From contig OZ210885.1 in the NCBI GenBank assembly GCA_964658305.1, positions 6,386,001-6,450,000 on the forward strand: 64,000 bases of DNA, read 5' to 3'. Position 1 is the stretch's first letter; the number at the start of each line of letters is the position of its first letter. This stretch comes from Leptogorgia sarmentosa (lineage: Eukaryota). Under the pieces are notes generated by a model. The model made no database searches. It saw only the letters and a list, made by a program, of their open reading frames with translations, and was not told the DNA's origin. Positions 39,337 through 52,990 of this stretch are shown here, in pieces. The translations under genes and the position numbers were made by a program.

Positions 39337-39955
39337 CAGGGTGTATCAAAAATAGGTTTACTGATGAAAAACATTTTCTAAAAAAAAATTTCCAAAAACG
39401 TTCGGTTAGCATGGGTAGTTTAACACCCTCTGGTATATCTAGCACTAAGTTTATTTTAAAAACAAACTTTTTTAGAATGGGAAATGTGGTTACTGAAAGG
39501 CCATTAAAAACGGCTTGCGTGGAAAAAATAAGTTTTCTTCACACAATTTGATTTAATCGGATGAAAATATACAAGCTATTCAAGTTTTGAGAAATTTGGT
39601 GCACGCTGAGACGAACATGCCATGTCCGAAAACTGGATTTTGCGTTCTTTCCTGTGTGATCACCGATTAATTTATGCATAATTGGAAATTTGCATTAATT
39701 ACCAATCCAAATTGCAAGCTAATTCCCAAAAATCGGTAATTACGCGAAGAAATTGTGGAAAATCCAGTTTTCAGACATCGCATGTTCGTCTCATTGTGCA
39801 CCAAATTTCTCAAAACTTGAATAGCTTGTATATCATACTCCATATTTTTGTCCGATTAAATCAAATTGTGTGAAGAAAACTTATTTTTTCCGCGCAAGCC
39901 GTTTTTAATGGGCCTTTCAGTAATCACATTTCCCATTCTAAAAAAGTTTGTTTGT
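39337..39955. mobile_element. Foldback MITE with a Tc1-like left end; right end lost
   Basis: TA|CAGGGTGTATC terminus; ~210-bp inverted arms at 39460-39668 and 39730-39952. Confidence 0.75.
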
Positions 39956-41027
39956 TTATAGTCAGAGCGTGCTTGAAGGTTGGCTTTGGAAGAAGCTATC
40001 TGTGTGATATTGTTTTACAATAATTATGTTGATAATATACAGTATTTAAACCCACCACTGTATCAGGCGTTTTACTTTTCCCAGTTTAAATTTCTTCGAT
40101 TGTGTCATTGGTGTCATTATTATCATCAGGACTTTCATCGCTATTTGACTGCAAAATGATTTTTGACTTTCTAGACAAGCATCTCCTGATTGCTATCCAG
40201 ACTTTAGTTTTTATTTCAATTTTATTATGGTAGAGAGAACTAAGCAGCCAATCAGAAGGTCATATTTTTAAGTTGTCCCAAGACATCCGGAATCAACAAA
40301 CTTTGGGGATCTGTTGCAGCGCCAAAATTCTAAATGGCCGCATGACTTCAAGAATTCAAGTTTTTATGTTTTATATTTTACACGTTAGTGTTTCATCATT
40401 GCGTATTCGTTATTTTACAATTATTTAAATTATTTCTGTGTTGTTGCTATTTTATCATTTTGCTGCACCTGCATGTATAAAATTGAAACGTCAACAATGT
40501 TTTTCGTACTGAATAATTTCAATCACCTCTAAATGTGGGTATATACCTTTGTATAGCTAAGAATGAAACAAGGATAAAATTTTCATACCAGTTTTTGTCT
40601 GCTTTTTGTTGACAAGCGGCAAGGTCTTCGCATTATATTCTGGATGCGCAGCCTTGCAATGCTTCCCTTAAAGCACTTGTTTGGCATCTGAAAGAAAACT
40701 ACCTCTTGATATAATGATAAAGGCATAAAGGATTGTGCAAATTGAAGGGTTCAAATGTTTTCCCAAAATATATTAATGCTTGATTATAAATTACAAATTA
40801 TGATTAATAAATGTGGGTATATATAAATGCTACATACCGCGGCACATCTCTTTCATTTTTCAGAATGTAGATAAATCCTCCAAAATTGCATGTCGATTCA
40901 TACACAGGATAGTATTCCAAGAGTGTAAATGCCTTTCAAAGTTTTAGATTTCAGTTTGTGTGACAGCCGACAGACCAGCCTGCGGCACAGACTTCACACG
41001 TAATTTGTAGTTTTTATTGCAAAACTA

Positions 41028-41215
41028 ATGTCCATGTACGACGTATCTCTATTTCGAATGGAGAGATTCATTGGAAGTGATATTGATTTTAGATTCTATA
41101 CTGGGTTCCCAAATTATAATAGTTTCAAGGCATTATTTGATTACCTTTCCACAGCTTGTGAGCATCTGGTTTACCATGGCACTAAAACTGCTGCTATAAC
41201 ATCTGAAAACCAGAT
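41028..41215 (+). pseudogene. Fragment of an ISL2EU/Harbinger-like transposase N-terminal region
   Basis: RFYTGFPNYNSFKALFDYL motif. Confidence 0.55.
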
Positions 41216-41749
41216 AAGGATGCAAATAAGAATGAAGTAAATATCGTGCATACCTGTGGTTCAATGGCTTCGCGTCCGATGTCGCTTCTTTGTAATACGT
41301 AGCAAGTTCGTTCGGCTGGTCGCGTCAGGTCTTTTTAGTCTTTCGTCTTTCGCTGTCGACTTGGTATTGCCGTAACTGCCCACCAATGTAAAACGACCTC
41401 TTTCTTTCTATAAATGTGACTTGAACAGCAGGATCATCGAGGTCGCAAAGGGAATGCTCGTTACTTGAGTAAAACACCGTAGAGACTAGAGCACACAATT
41501 TCCAAAGATACTTCTGTTAAACGTTTACGATACTTTTACACACACTGACAACCCAGACTGACTAACTCACTATTATTAATTTACATTTGATGCGTTTGTC
41601 AATGACGCATTGTTCATTGTGCATTGTTCATTGTGTGTTGTGCATTGTTTACCATATATGGTCATATTAACCCTGATCTTAATATATATATAACGTATCT
41701 CGTATATTGAATGTATCTCGTATAACAGTAGTTTAAACAAAAAAAACAT

Positions 41750-42010
41750 ATGTTAAATTAACCAAAACTTGTATTGGTTGTTTTAACCAATTTCATATCA
41801 GTCGTTTCTACCAATTAATGATATGTGAAATCTACCAATTACGGTATTGGTAGTTTCTACCAAAACTGTCATTTTAACCAATTATTATTTATTGTACCAC
41901 CGATGGATCTGAGGTAACCTATTTTTTTTGGTAGTTTTATGAAATTCTACTAATATTAATTTAGTTAAAACATATAATTGGTTAAAACAACCAATTTGAA
42001 AAATGTCATT
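41750..42010. repeat. EnSpm-like subterminal AACCAA/TACCAA repeat block
   Basis: Same motif style as 28977-29200, located 3' of the second SAMD3-like gene. Confidence 0.55.
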
Positions 42011-42559
42011 TTCTCAATACATTAACTTAAGACTTTAGACATAATATTTTTAACTTTTAACAACGGCATATGTTTGTTTATAAATCAGAGAAGTCAAAAC
42101 AGCAATTGTTACATCAGAAATGCTTTCATAGCTCAAAAATTTGTACTATATGCTATAGCTGGATGTTAAACCACATGCAAACATTCAAATGCCCTGACAT
42201 ACAATTTGCAAACGTTCGACTGGCGGTGACCTGAATGTATCTGTGTACCAGAGCCACCTGGCACCCAACATAGAAATGTTGAATGAGGCAGAACCATAAC
42301 CAGACGCGATTTACAACAATACTGCGGGTTGAATGTGCACCAGCGCAGATCAGTATGAAACTGCTGCACAGTGGAGGGTTCAATCCCCTGGTGTACATAC
42401 ACGACTTTCAAGCGAGCAATAGGCACAGAGCTTTTTGGGGAACTATAAGTTAATGTATATATGTAACAATTGCTTGTATTTTTTCTCTTACCTTGAATTT
42501 TGAAAATTGGTATAAAAAGTATGTAGGTATATAAACAGTCAAATTAGGTATTTATGGGA

Positions 42560-44910
42560 GTTCTATAGTTCTGAGATAAACTGATCTAGCCCAATTAAAA
42601 CTTTCGTGGGTTTTTTCCCCATCAAAACGTACTCTAATAACGAATAAACATTTCTTGCTGATCCACCTGGATAGCTCATGTTGAAGGTGTAGAAACAGGC
42701 CAGCAATGTCAGCACAGCATTTACGATGTGGTTGGCTGGTCCAAATGAACAAATGACCATTCCCTCGGCGGCGAGACATAGTGATGTTACTTCGAGCGCA
42801 GTTCCACTGGAAATGAGTCGTGGTGTTGTTGACTCTTCCACGAGCTTGTTTATGTTTATTTCTCCAGTTTCACTCTACAATGGAAAAACAATCAGGACAT
42901 ATGATTGTGCGTAACTAACGATGTAAAAGACATTTTGGTTTCAAATTCCAGTGAAAAACTTCTGTGTGGCACCCCAGGTTGGCGTCATACGATGGAGCGT
43001 TTCACATCAGCACAAAAAAATTCGTTCTGTGATGCGAGACTTGCCACACTGCTTGCATGTACAAATATAAAGTCACCAATTAACGATCTAGCTATACGTC
43101 CCTGTCGCCATGCATGTATACGATTTTAGAGAAGTAAGAAAATAGTTATAAGTTAGGTCTACTTACATCAACTCTGATCCAGAAAAGGTGACCTGGAGGT
43201 GATTGAGATGATTTCTTCTCACCAAGAACTAAAGGCAAGGCTGCCATCAACATTCGATTTTCCATCTCTAAAAACAAGAAGCTATGTTATTCCGAGGTTG
43301 TGTTTTTTATATACTCCTTCATGTATAGGGTGTACCGCGGGTGTACCAAAAACCGCAAAGCATTGAAAAGCCCTATTGCCTAATTTCAATCGCAGCACTA
43401 TGCTGAATTGAAACAATACAACATATTGACAGGGTGCATATATATATTATACTGAACCTTGGGAATTTGAGTTCGTAAAATATAAATTGTCAATATAGCT
43501 TATTTCAGCAATATAGATTCTTTTCGTTGCTTTTGTTACACCCTCTGCATATATACATATATATATATAAATGTATTCATTAAACCGGTAAATTAACCAT
43601 ACACGAACATTTGTATTCTCATTAAAGGTTACTATACCGTTTATTTGCGAAGAATCCGATTCCTCAAGCAAGATGGCCATTGCCTGTACCTCCTTTGCTG
43701 TGTTTCTCTTTACAGCTGTTAACAGTCGAGATCTGTATGCTATAAAGTTCTCTTTCATTTCTTGTGGGAGGTTTTTATTGTGCAATATTTGCCCCAATTC
43801 TGCTTTGACCTTGTAGGCAAAAATATCGAATTTAGTTTATATGCTTTACTCTAATTATAATCAAAGTTATACAAAGTTACTTTCCAGTCAAAAGCACCCC
43901 GTTGCCTTTTCCTTTTGTCAGTGGGGGATAATCCTTTAAAACTTTCCACACTCTTTCATTGTTGTTAACTATATCCCTCCTTCTCTTGGGAAATGTCGCA
44001 TCCATTAACTGGCGTACCAAGACGATGTCGTTTTTTCCTGTTTTACAAAATGCTTGCAGCCTATTTAGATGTTCCTCGATGGTCTCATCGGTTTTCCCCT
44101 CGGGTGTTTCTGGCAAGCTTAACAAGTCATCACTTTTTCTCTTTCTTCCTGGTTTCCTTTCTGATATAGTTGCCCGGTGGATTCGACCTTCTTCTTGTTC
44201 TATAGATTAAATATGGATCGAAAATAAAGTGTGTGTATAGGTTTGTAATGTGAATATGGATATTATTTAACGTTTTATGTGACGTGTATCAATCGTGTTT
44301 CAAAACTGAATTTATCGCTAAAATAGCTCTCTAGCAGCCTTTCTTCTAATATTCAGCAACCGATCTTTGATCTTGTTTGCCCAGAATTGCTAGAAACATA
44401 TTTGATTAAAGTTGCAGAAAACAGCTTTAAATCTTCGCAAGTTTAGCTAATTAGTTACGAGTGATTTTTTCGTTTCAAGCAACTGCGTCACAACTGCATT
44501 GCCCCGTGCGAGGTAATCCCGAAGGTATTTTTGTTCCGGATGTCGCTCCATTGATTCCAGATTCCAACGCAAAAAAATTTGGATCCCGGATTACCTCACT
44601 TTGGGTGAACCGTATGTAGCTATACGTGGTTTTAAGGCCCACTGAAAAAATGAACAAAAACAAAGACTGTTCCTCAATCACACTATGTTCAGAAACGGGC
44701 TTCACAGACTTACATGTCCCGATCCAATTGAGCCCCTTAGACACGGATATTTTTGTACAAGCATCAACACGATTTGATTTCTTTCACTTGCAGTGACTGT
44801 ATCCGTACTTTGTGCAATGATTGACATGCACAGTTGCCTGTTCAACGCACTCTTTTGCAGTGGCGTTAGCCTTCCATCATTGAGTGCTTTTTCTATGCTT
44901 GGTTCCCACT
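42560..44910 (-). pseudogene. SAMD3-like multi-exon gene, copy 2
   Basis: Exons LVQKYPCLRGSIGSGH (~44715-44905), FWANKIKDRL, LMDATFPKRRRDIV (43877-44125), ELGQIL and LLACFYTFNMSYP (42563-42841); collinear with copy 1. Confidence 0.75.
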
Positions 44911-47316
44911 AAGAAAGCAAAATAAAATGCGCCATTCATTATACCACATTTGGTACACCGATGTAAAATGGTAACCTCATGTAAAATGTGTTTTCTCTCA
45001 TTATTTACATTTGCTGCTGCGACTATCGATCATCCGCCTATCGCAAAGTACGAAACCGTCGAAATAGCATCCTTACCCTTTCTGGAATCTCGAATTGTTT
45101 TATCCAAGAGCCAGTAGTATCACAACGCATAATAGCCTCTATCATATGTGAAATACAGGAGAATTACATCACCGTTATATAATTACATGATAACCTGTAC
45201 CATGCATGCTTATAATATCGTAATAATTTCTTTTGGTGTTACTTTGTTACCTGACTAGATGTTGTCGTTTCACAAGCTGGCACGTCTTTGGCGGGCGCAG
45301 AAAATGGCTAAATAATAGCAATGCATGTGTGAAGACATGCTGCAATGCTCATCTATATGTATGTTTCAATAGAACTTGATGCAGTTCAAGGACATGAGAG
45401 AATATCTATTGATATCCTCAATCTCAAATTAATGATATATTTTCCCTTCGTATAATGTCTATACTGCATGCAGTTGTAAAAAGGACGCACATCATGCATG
45501 CATGTGATAATTGAGACAAACCTGTGGATTATCAATTGATGTAGATGGTAATTCCGATTCTCTAGCCAAGGACTGCATGTTGCTAATAGACTAAAAGAAT
45601 TTCATTTTTCGAATACCATATCAGTAATGGTAAAATATTCCACCAGTTTAATGTTAGTCTGATTAATACATACACTACAACTTGCATTTGTGAAATCCGT
45701 AATCTGTATGTTCGGAATAGTATTGCACTGAAAAAAATAATTGGTTAAATGCATATTAGTAATATATCAAATAATGATTACTTACGTATTGTATAATGAT
45801 TGGAAAAAATATTGTTTCAGAAGAAAAGAGAAGAAAATATGAAAGATATAAGAGAAGAAAAACTATGCGAATACAAAATTTGCAAATTTCCCCAAACATG
45901 GTAACTGACAATTTCCGTATTGAGTTCAATTTTGCGAACTTGCAAGTCAAATCAAGCCTTAATATACAGTTTCTTTTCTGGGCCAAAGACATGTCTTTAA
46001 CTTTGAATTAATGTTGTTTCTTTAATGCTCTTTTTTAGTGAGGCATTCAACTCCAGCTCCCAGCATCGCTTCACGTTGGCTTCAAGGTCCAAAAAGCCAA
46101 CATGACATAATTATCGAAAGGATCTATTGGAATAACACTCACTCAGCAAGATACTCACAATTAACTTAGCTGGCTATAAAAACAATAGTAAAAACACTGA
46201 TAGATATACAAATATAGCTACAGATACAAATAACAAACCAATAGCTAAGTAGAGGTTATCATATGATGGATGAGGTGATGATATCAGTTTTATCGCTTGA
46301 GGGACGATATCACCAATCAAGTTACGATGAGTATAGAAACACAACATGCAATATATAGATTTTGAAACTAAAATATTTTATGATACCAGTACATTAGGAG
46401 GTATAATAATCATACAGTATAGAATGTTTCAAAAGTCTGTTCAAAACGTTATGAAAATTGGAAATATCGCCAGATTGCTCAGTCTTGTATATAGTATTAA
46501 CCAAGTAATTCGTCCCATTCCGCATCTGATAGGCCTTTATCAGATGCATTCGTTGGTATTGGACCAGACGGTGGTTTGTGCCTGAGTGCCCATACGTCTC
46601 TCCACATTTGATGCCATTGTTCGTCGTCTACTGGTTGGGACACGTATTTCTCAAAGCATTCCATTATTTTGTCTAAAATTCGCCCCTGTGTATTGTTCTC
46701 GACAGAATTCTCCATGTCGTTGTCCAGGGAGCCCTTTAAGTTTAATTTTAATATCTTGACGGCTGTGAAGTCTTAACATGCAGGTTAACAACTAAATTAA
46801 GGACTATACATGCACTCCCTCGAATGTGACACGTAAACTATTTTAAATATAGGACGCACAAAAACAACTTTCCGAGATGGAATGACAAGTAGAAATTCTT
46901 GAATGCTGTTTTCAGGAAGCATCACAACAAATTAGTTAATTAAATAACAATATATTATGTTCATTCAATTCATTGTCCTATTAGGTACAAGACTCCCCCC
47001 CCCCCCCGCCCTAATTCCCCAAGCTATATACGCATTGCATGCATGCAATGAATATTAATAGTGAGCTTCAACTCATGGGACACACTTCCCACAATGCCAT
47101 CGCCACCAACATTCGGAAATTGCATGTTGCTCGATGCAGGCCTACATTTTTTTCCAACGGACATTTTATTCCAAAAAGAAAACTTGCGCGTCATTAGTCC
47201 GATATTCATAGGGCTACAGCTGTTGTTGGCACAGTCGGATGTCGCACCCCCCTTTTTTGTGGATGTCGCACCCCCCTTTTTTGTGTCGGGATTTGCAGGC
47301 GACGGAGAAAAAACTG

Positions 47317-47390
47317 TCCCCGGGAGTGGATCCGAACCCCCAACCTTCGGATTTACAGTCCGACGCTCTATCCAACTGAGCTACCCAGGG
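47317..47390 (-). tRNA. tRNA-like cloverleaf with anticodon GTA (Tyr), probably pseudogene or SINE-derived
   Basis: CCCTGGG-TA-GCTC..GAGC-G-TCGGA-CTGTAAA-TCCGA-..GGGGG-TTCGGAT-CCACT-CCCGGGG-A, followed by a T6 tract; T-stem mismatch; no intron. Confidence 0.6.
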
Positions 47391-47405
47391 TATACATTAG
47401 TGTGG

Positions 47406-48037
47406 CAGGGCCGGATTAACATCGCGTGGGGCCTGTGGCAGATGTTCAGCGCGGGGCCCCTCAGACATATTTGTTGAATTATATTTGTCTGGGCATATCA
47501 CAGCATTACTGCAATTTCAGGGTTGTATGAACGTTTTGGAATTTGGGGAGGCCAAGTCTCACGAGACGCCACCATGGTTGGCGTTGAGCAAGAAAATTTT
47601 GAGAATTTAGAGCCTCTAGATCGCCGGAACGGCCATTTCAGAGTGTTGTTTCACCGCGAAGGCCACAAAATAATTTTTAATACGCGAACAGTGAGTATTA
47701 AATTAAGTTTAAATGCGCGACGTACAAGGGCCCCAAATTGACACGCAAACTAGGGGGCCCCAAATTGACACGCAAACCACGGGGCCCCAAATTGACGAGC
47801 AAACCATGGGGCCCAAGTTGATGTGCAAACGGAGGGCCACAAATTAAATTGTTATGCGAAACACTGGGGAATCGACATACTTGGGGGGCAAATACGCAAA
47901 TCACGAAGGCTCCAAATGTGAACCACAATGGGCGTATCATTTTCCAGAAAAGGGCGTGGCCTATCGAAGAGCGGGGCCCCTGTAAGCGCGGGGTCCGTGG
48001 CATATGCCGCATCTGCCACGTGGTTAATCTGGGACTG
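47406..48037. mobile_element. hAT-type MITE (632 bp)
   Basis: TIR CAGGGCCGGATTAAC / GTTAATCTGGGACTG; 8-bp TSD TAGTGTGG; internal ~27-bp GGGCCCCAAATTGAC repeats. Confidence 0.88.
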
Positions 48038-49179
48038 TAGTGTGGGATAAAATGTTTTTATAAATAATGAATAATAAAACGTGTTTTTTCATAAAAAAGT
48101 TTATTTACATAACCGTTTTGTTTTTACAATAGATTTGGACAGTTTTTTTGTACAGAAAATGTTTTACAAATAGTATTTTTGCAACCAGTGTTTTGTGAAC
48201 CAATGTAAATACGCTTCAACGTCGCGCTAACTAACCATAATAACAATTATTGCTAGGGGATCAAGTTTCTTGAACTATAGCAAGTACATAATTGCTAAAT
48301 TGGGTATTTTCCTTTCTAACATTACTTTAAAAAAAACTTTACAAATTTTCTTGCATTCATTTGATCAGTGTATAGTTTTGGGATTGTCAAAGGTGAAATT
48401 TCACTCTAACAATGTAAAATTATATCCCAGAACTTGTCTTGGCTCCGGATCTGCCTACCTACGCGATTTTTTCTTCACAATATTCTCAGTCAGTGTGCAG
48501 TCATGGTTATAAGGTAGAGAGATTGATGTGAACATTTTATGAGCACTAAATATCTTGGTTTCGTGTGTATGCAGGTTCTTCCTGGACGGTATATAGCACG
48601 CCTTTGAATAAACAGAAGATATTGGTCTTCTCTGTTATATAATTCCAACACCATAGTCTCAGCTGTTCCGTTTACAGCATGTTTCAGTGTAAGTTTAACA
48701 CTATGTCCTTCATCTTTCTCAACAACTGAAATCACCGTTCAAAATTTCAATGTTATCATGGAATATCACCTCAAGAAGCTTTTACGCTTAACTTGAATTG
48801 AGGGCAGCATGACGGCTTTCCAACTACGTACAACCTACTCCTTGTGACTACTTGTAGTGTGACTACGTACGTATTGAAATGAGTCATTTTACGAAGCAAA
48901 ACAACCTAACTCGGGTCACTTCTAGTAAAATCTCAAGCAATCAGGAATTCAACATTTTCTTTGAAGTCATAAAATGACTCCTTTCAATACCTCAAAATCA
49001 TTTAATGCTTCATTGAATCCCGGATAAGCGGGATCATATAAATAGCCTCTAAGACTATTTAAATAGCTAAATTATGCGAGTGAATATTGCGAAAACGCCA
49101 AAATACAATTGCCGAAGAAATTGAGGAATACACATTTATTGTTATACACATATTGTTATATACAAAAAACTACGGGGCT

Positions 49180-50010
49180 TTAAGAATGCGTATAGTATAC
49201 GTGTACCGTATACGAGGAAGTGTTAACTATCAATGAAATGTACAATTGCAAGGCTGTCATTCTCTGGGATCTATTCTTCAAGCACACAGCAGCCGATGTG
49301 CAAAGCGCAGCTTGCCAGTGAGGATCTTGTGCCTTTTTGCGAGTGGATGCTGCTGTCAGCAAAACAGGTCGAAACAAGGGGCATTTTTCTTTCATCTCGT
49401 TGTCAAGTTTCTCAAATGAGAATGTCAACATGTCTTCTTTCGTCGTCTTCTTTAAAACGCTTCTTGCATCTCTTGTGGCCGTACCCTTTGTGGTCTCACT
49501 TGAACTTCCTTTCTGGCGGGGAGCATTACTCGGCAAACGATCTCGGCACATTATATCACATTCTTTATTCACCTCTTTTGAAAACAAATCAACAATGTTT
49601 TTGCGTATTTCGCAGTTCTTCCATAGCGCCACTGCGATGTCTTTGTATGTACCTCGCAAAAGACTCACACCAATTCGTAGCAAAGTAGGAGGCAACTTTT
49701 TCACACGATCACAGCTTTGCCAAGAAACGTAAACATAGCACTCGACACTCGTTGCTTCACTTACTTTGTCAGCGTGGAAGATAGCGCTTGTTTGGACGGC
49801 TTTTTCGCTCGTTGAACAGTCGACCTGATTTGCAAATCTTGTTTTCTTACTTGCAGTTGCAGTTGCAGAAGTTCCTGTAGCTGTTTCCTCTGATTCTAGT
49901 GTTCTTTTTTCACTAAAGCTGGAGTTGTTGTTGATCGATGTCTTTGGATCAGTACTTGTATCTGCAAATGTGCACACGATGGGATTGTTGGGTGGATTGT
50001 TGGATGGCAC
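49180..50010 (-). CDS. Uncharacterised ORF resembling the N-terminal region of DUF6589/Academ-type transposases
   Basis: 276-aa open frame; SVLKKT...FSFEKL..EMKEKCPLF...AVCLKNRSQRMTALQ pattern. Family assignment is from memory. Confidence 0.45.
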   Translation of the reverse strand: MPSNNPPNNPIVCTFADTSTDPKTSINNNSSFSEKRTLESEETATGTSATATASKKTRFANQVDCSTSEKAVQTSAIFHADKVSEATSVECYVYVSWQSCDRVKKLPPTLLRIGVSLLRGTYKDIAVALWKNCEIRKNIVDLFSKEVNKECDIMCRDRLPSNAPRQKGSSSETTKGTATRDARSVLKKTTKEDMLTFSFEKLDNEMKEKCPLFRPVLLTAASTRKKAQDPHWQAALCTSAAVCLKNRSQRMTALQLYISLIVNTSSYTVHVYYTHS

Positions 50011-50169
50011 TGGTTAATAGGTGCAGATTTCCCGCCATTTCTATTTCACGCATGCAGTGCTTGTAACATTTTGCCCCCTAGCTCAGCGAATTTTTAATAT
50101 TTTCACTTCAAATGTTGATAAATTAAAGTTCTACTAGTAAGCTTTCATTTAATTTTCCATTTTTTAAAA

Positions 50170-52445
50170 TGTTTTAGCAAAAAAGGTGTCCTGTAACCTT
50201 AATGGAATACCATTGAACAAATGTTCGCCATAATGCAGAGCTGCATCTGTCAACACATCAATCCTCTTATCTTTCGACATTTCCTTTGTCATTTTCGAAA
50301 ACAGACGCAAAAACGACCACAACCTTTCAACACCTTCTCTGTCGGTCAATCCCACATTTTTGCATCGTTTTGGGCTATACTTCTTCACCTTAAAAAAGAA
50401 AAAGGTATAAGTATTCATCACCCTTAATCAGGCTGACACCCGGATATAAGCACTGAATCAATAGAAATGTAGTTACACACACGAACTGTACCTGACAAAA
50501 GGCTTTATGGCCATAGCAGTGAAATATTGCAATTGACAATGTTACATTCTCCAGTAAATCGTCTCGATTTGAAGCCTGAACGAATGAATCAAAATATAAA
50601 AAAGGCGTGGATAATATTCATCTGTCAGTGAGCATTGAAAATAGAAATGTATATAACATGACTTAATCACAAAGTTGGCTTAATAGATGTATTTATAGTA
50701 TACTGTAAACAAAAATATGTCTTATAATTGCAATATTACTCAGACACTTATGGTAACATGGCTGGACAAAATTCAAGCAATGTCATACGTTAACACAATT
50801 TTTAATTTTTCGAGGAGACGTCTCTTCAGATTTTCCAGTTCTCAAACTGAATACCATATTCTAAAAAATACGTTTCTACTGTTACCACGCAATTCTACTA
50901 AATTTAATACATACATGTGCATATGGACAATCAAAATAATTTATCAGTCATAGCCCCTTGATTTTCCCAGGAAATAGGCAGTGTGAGAGGTAATGTTGCA
51001 ACTTCGCCACCTGTCGTAAATTGTGAAGGGTGCATCCACTGAGCTAAAGAGGTGCATCCACTGAAACTTACCTTTCTCCATGTTTAAAAATCGTTTTGGA
51101 AAATCGTGTCTGCATACTCGTCCGAACACCCCCTTCTCATGGAAAAGGTCGTTTTTCCCCTTGCTCCTGAGAGTAGGAAGAACCTCCCCAGTATGGAACC
51201 TGTTACAATCCTACATATAACACAAAATAGTCCAAACGTAACCACATCTTAACCTATACCACATCTTGTATCAATTCTGTACGGACTCGTTGGCCAAACG
51301 TCTTCTTTGCTGTTTACCTGAACACTTGTTTTCCCTTGTTTCATCACGTAATTATTGACATAATTATCAACATCATCTTGATAACAGAACAGCAAAGTTC
51401 CATGTCTTGGTACAATACTGGTTTGGTTCCGGGTTTTCTTTCGTGCCAAACCAAAACAAGCATCAACACACTCAATCAACAATCCATTTTCCTATAATAT
51501 GAAAAAAACTCTGCACAATGTAATTATGGTACAGTACAGTATATTTATCATACATTACAAGTATTACACATGTACCTTTGGATACAAAGGGCATTCAGCA
51601 CCACTATACAAATTTGGAACAAAGTCATTGAGATATTCCATCTTATATTTATAATTTCTGCAAAAAGATAGAGGTAAGATCTTTGATTTGAGATGCTGTT
51701 TGCAAAACTGATTTCAGATGCTGTTCCATGCAACTACTGTCTCAAAATGACTTCTTCTGGGACTAGCACACTATTCCACAATCACATGTATTCATATTGT
51801 AGAACACAATAGATCATTTCCAATGGAGCATGTAGCTTGTAACCTTACTAGTTAACCTACCTATACACTTTTACAGTAGTTACTTATCTTTACCTGTATT
51901 CTTCAAAACAACCAGCATTTAAAGTTCTATACAAGGAAAGTATCTATAAATAGACAAAATTTTCAAACAATTAAATTATGGAATAACAGTATTTAATAGA
52001 GAGGGAAATAATAGCAATATTTTGCTGGTAGTGTGAGGCTGAAAATTCGGTGCTAAAGTTCAGTAAGTTTGCTACTGGTTTAAATTAATCAGCCCTAATA
52101 ATAAAAAATAATAATTATAAATGTATATACAATATGAATACATAAATTGTCATGTATACCATGGTAATCCAAAATTACATTGATCAATGTAAAATTCCTT
52201 CAGGATACAACTATGTAAGCAAATTTCATTAAGGCAGAATAGGTTGTAACTTTGGCACAACTTCTAACAGCATCTCTGCAAGGTCTTTCAATGGTACTTG
52301 ATTATGTAAGAACAGAACAACAGCCAGGTCCATCAACTTGACATGAAATCCTATAGCTGTTTTCTCAGAACTTCCAGGCCAAAACTTTGCATGAATCAAT
52401 GCTTCAGCATGACCCTCACAGCTGCATACAGCAACCCGTTTTAAA
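50170..52445 (-). pseudogene. Spliced KDZ (Kyakuja-Dileera-Zisupton) transposase with a CxC domain
   Basis: Exons VCSCE...FWPGS (CxC), CVDACFGLARKK, GVFGRVCRHDFP..NMEKG, YDIA, FHCYGHK..CQ and GLTDREGVERLWSFL. Confidence 0.82.
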
Positions 52446-52451
52446 TGTTGA

Positions 52452-52990
52452 TTGCCCCCATGGAAGAAACGGTTGGGATATTTCATCTCCAATTCCTGCC
52501 AAACTTTCCTGTTGGTGGACGTATTATCTGTGATCGCGCCTACGACATTGTTGCCAAGATTGTCCATGACACGGACTAAATCTCCTGTGAGCCAAACTGC
52601 GTCGTGTGACTGCTCTTCCGTATGCACTGCTTCAAGAAACAAAGAATGGGTCGGGATGTAATTAATGATAGGCTCATTTAGAACGCTAGACCATGCAGCG
52701 CTTGTGATGCAGATATACTGACTCTTGGCAGATAGCAACTTTTTCACGTCGTCCATGGTATTCTTGTAGCACAGGTCAAGTAATCCTCCGCTACTGTCAT
52801 CAGCTAGTTGCTTCCGTGTTTGGCAACCGTGCACCCGGGCGCGCCAATTGAATGGCACGAAGAAGGTAGGGAGGCACGAAGCTCGTACCGGTACAATAAT
52901 AGTGCATAGCCATCTCCAGGTTGAATTTCTTCTGTTCTCTGGCAGTAAAATGAGGGATGGCAAACGTTCTGACATTGGATTGCGTTGAAC
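52452..52990 (-). pseudogene. hAT transposase fragment (DUF659-like)
   Basis: ICITSAAWSSVLNEPIINY, SHDAVW and GAITDNTSTNRKVWQELE..YP; fused by chance to the KDZ exon in ORF 52229-52975. Confidence 0.75.

Noticed and set aside
46497..46715. 72-aa ORF with protein-like composition
   Set aside because: No family recognised and no link to neighbouring exons could be shown.
52229..52975. Single 248-aa protein
   Set aside because: It is a chance in-frame fusion of a hAT fragment and a KDZ CxC exon.
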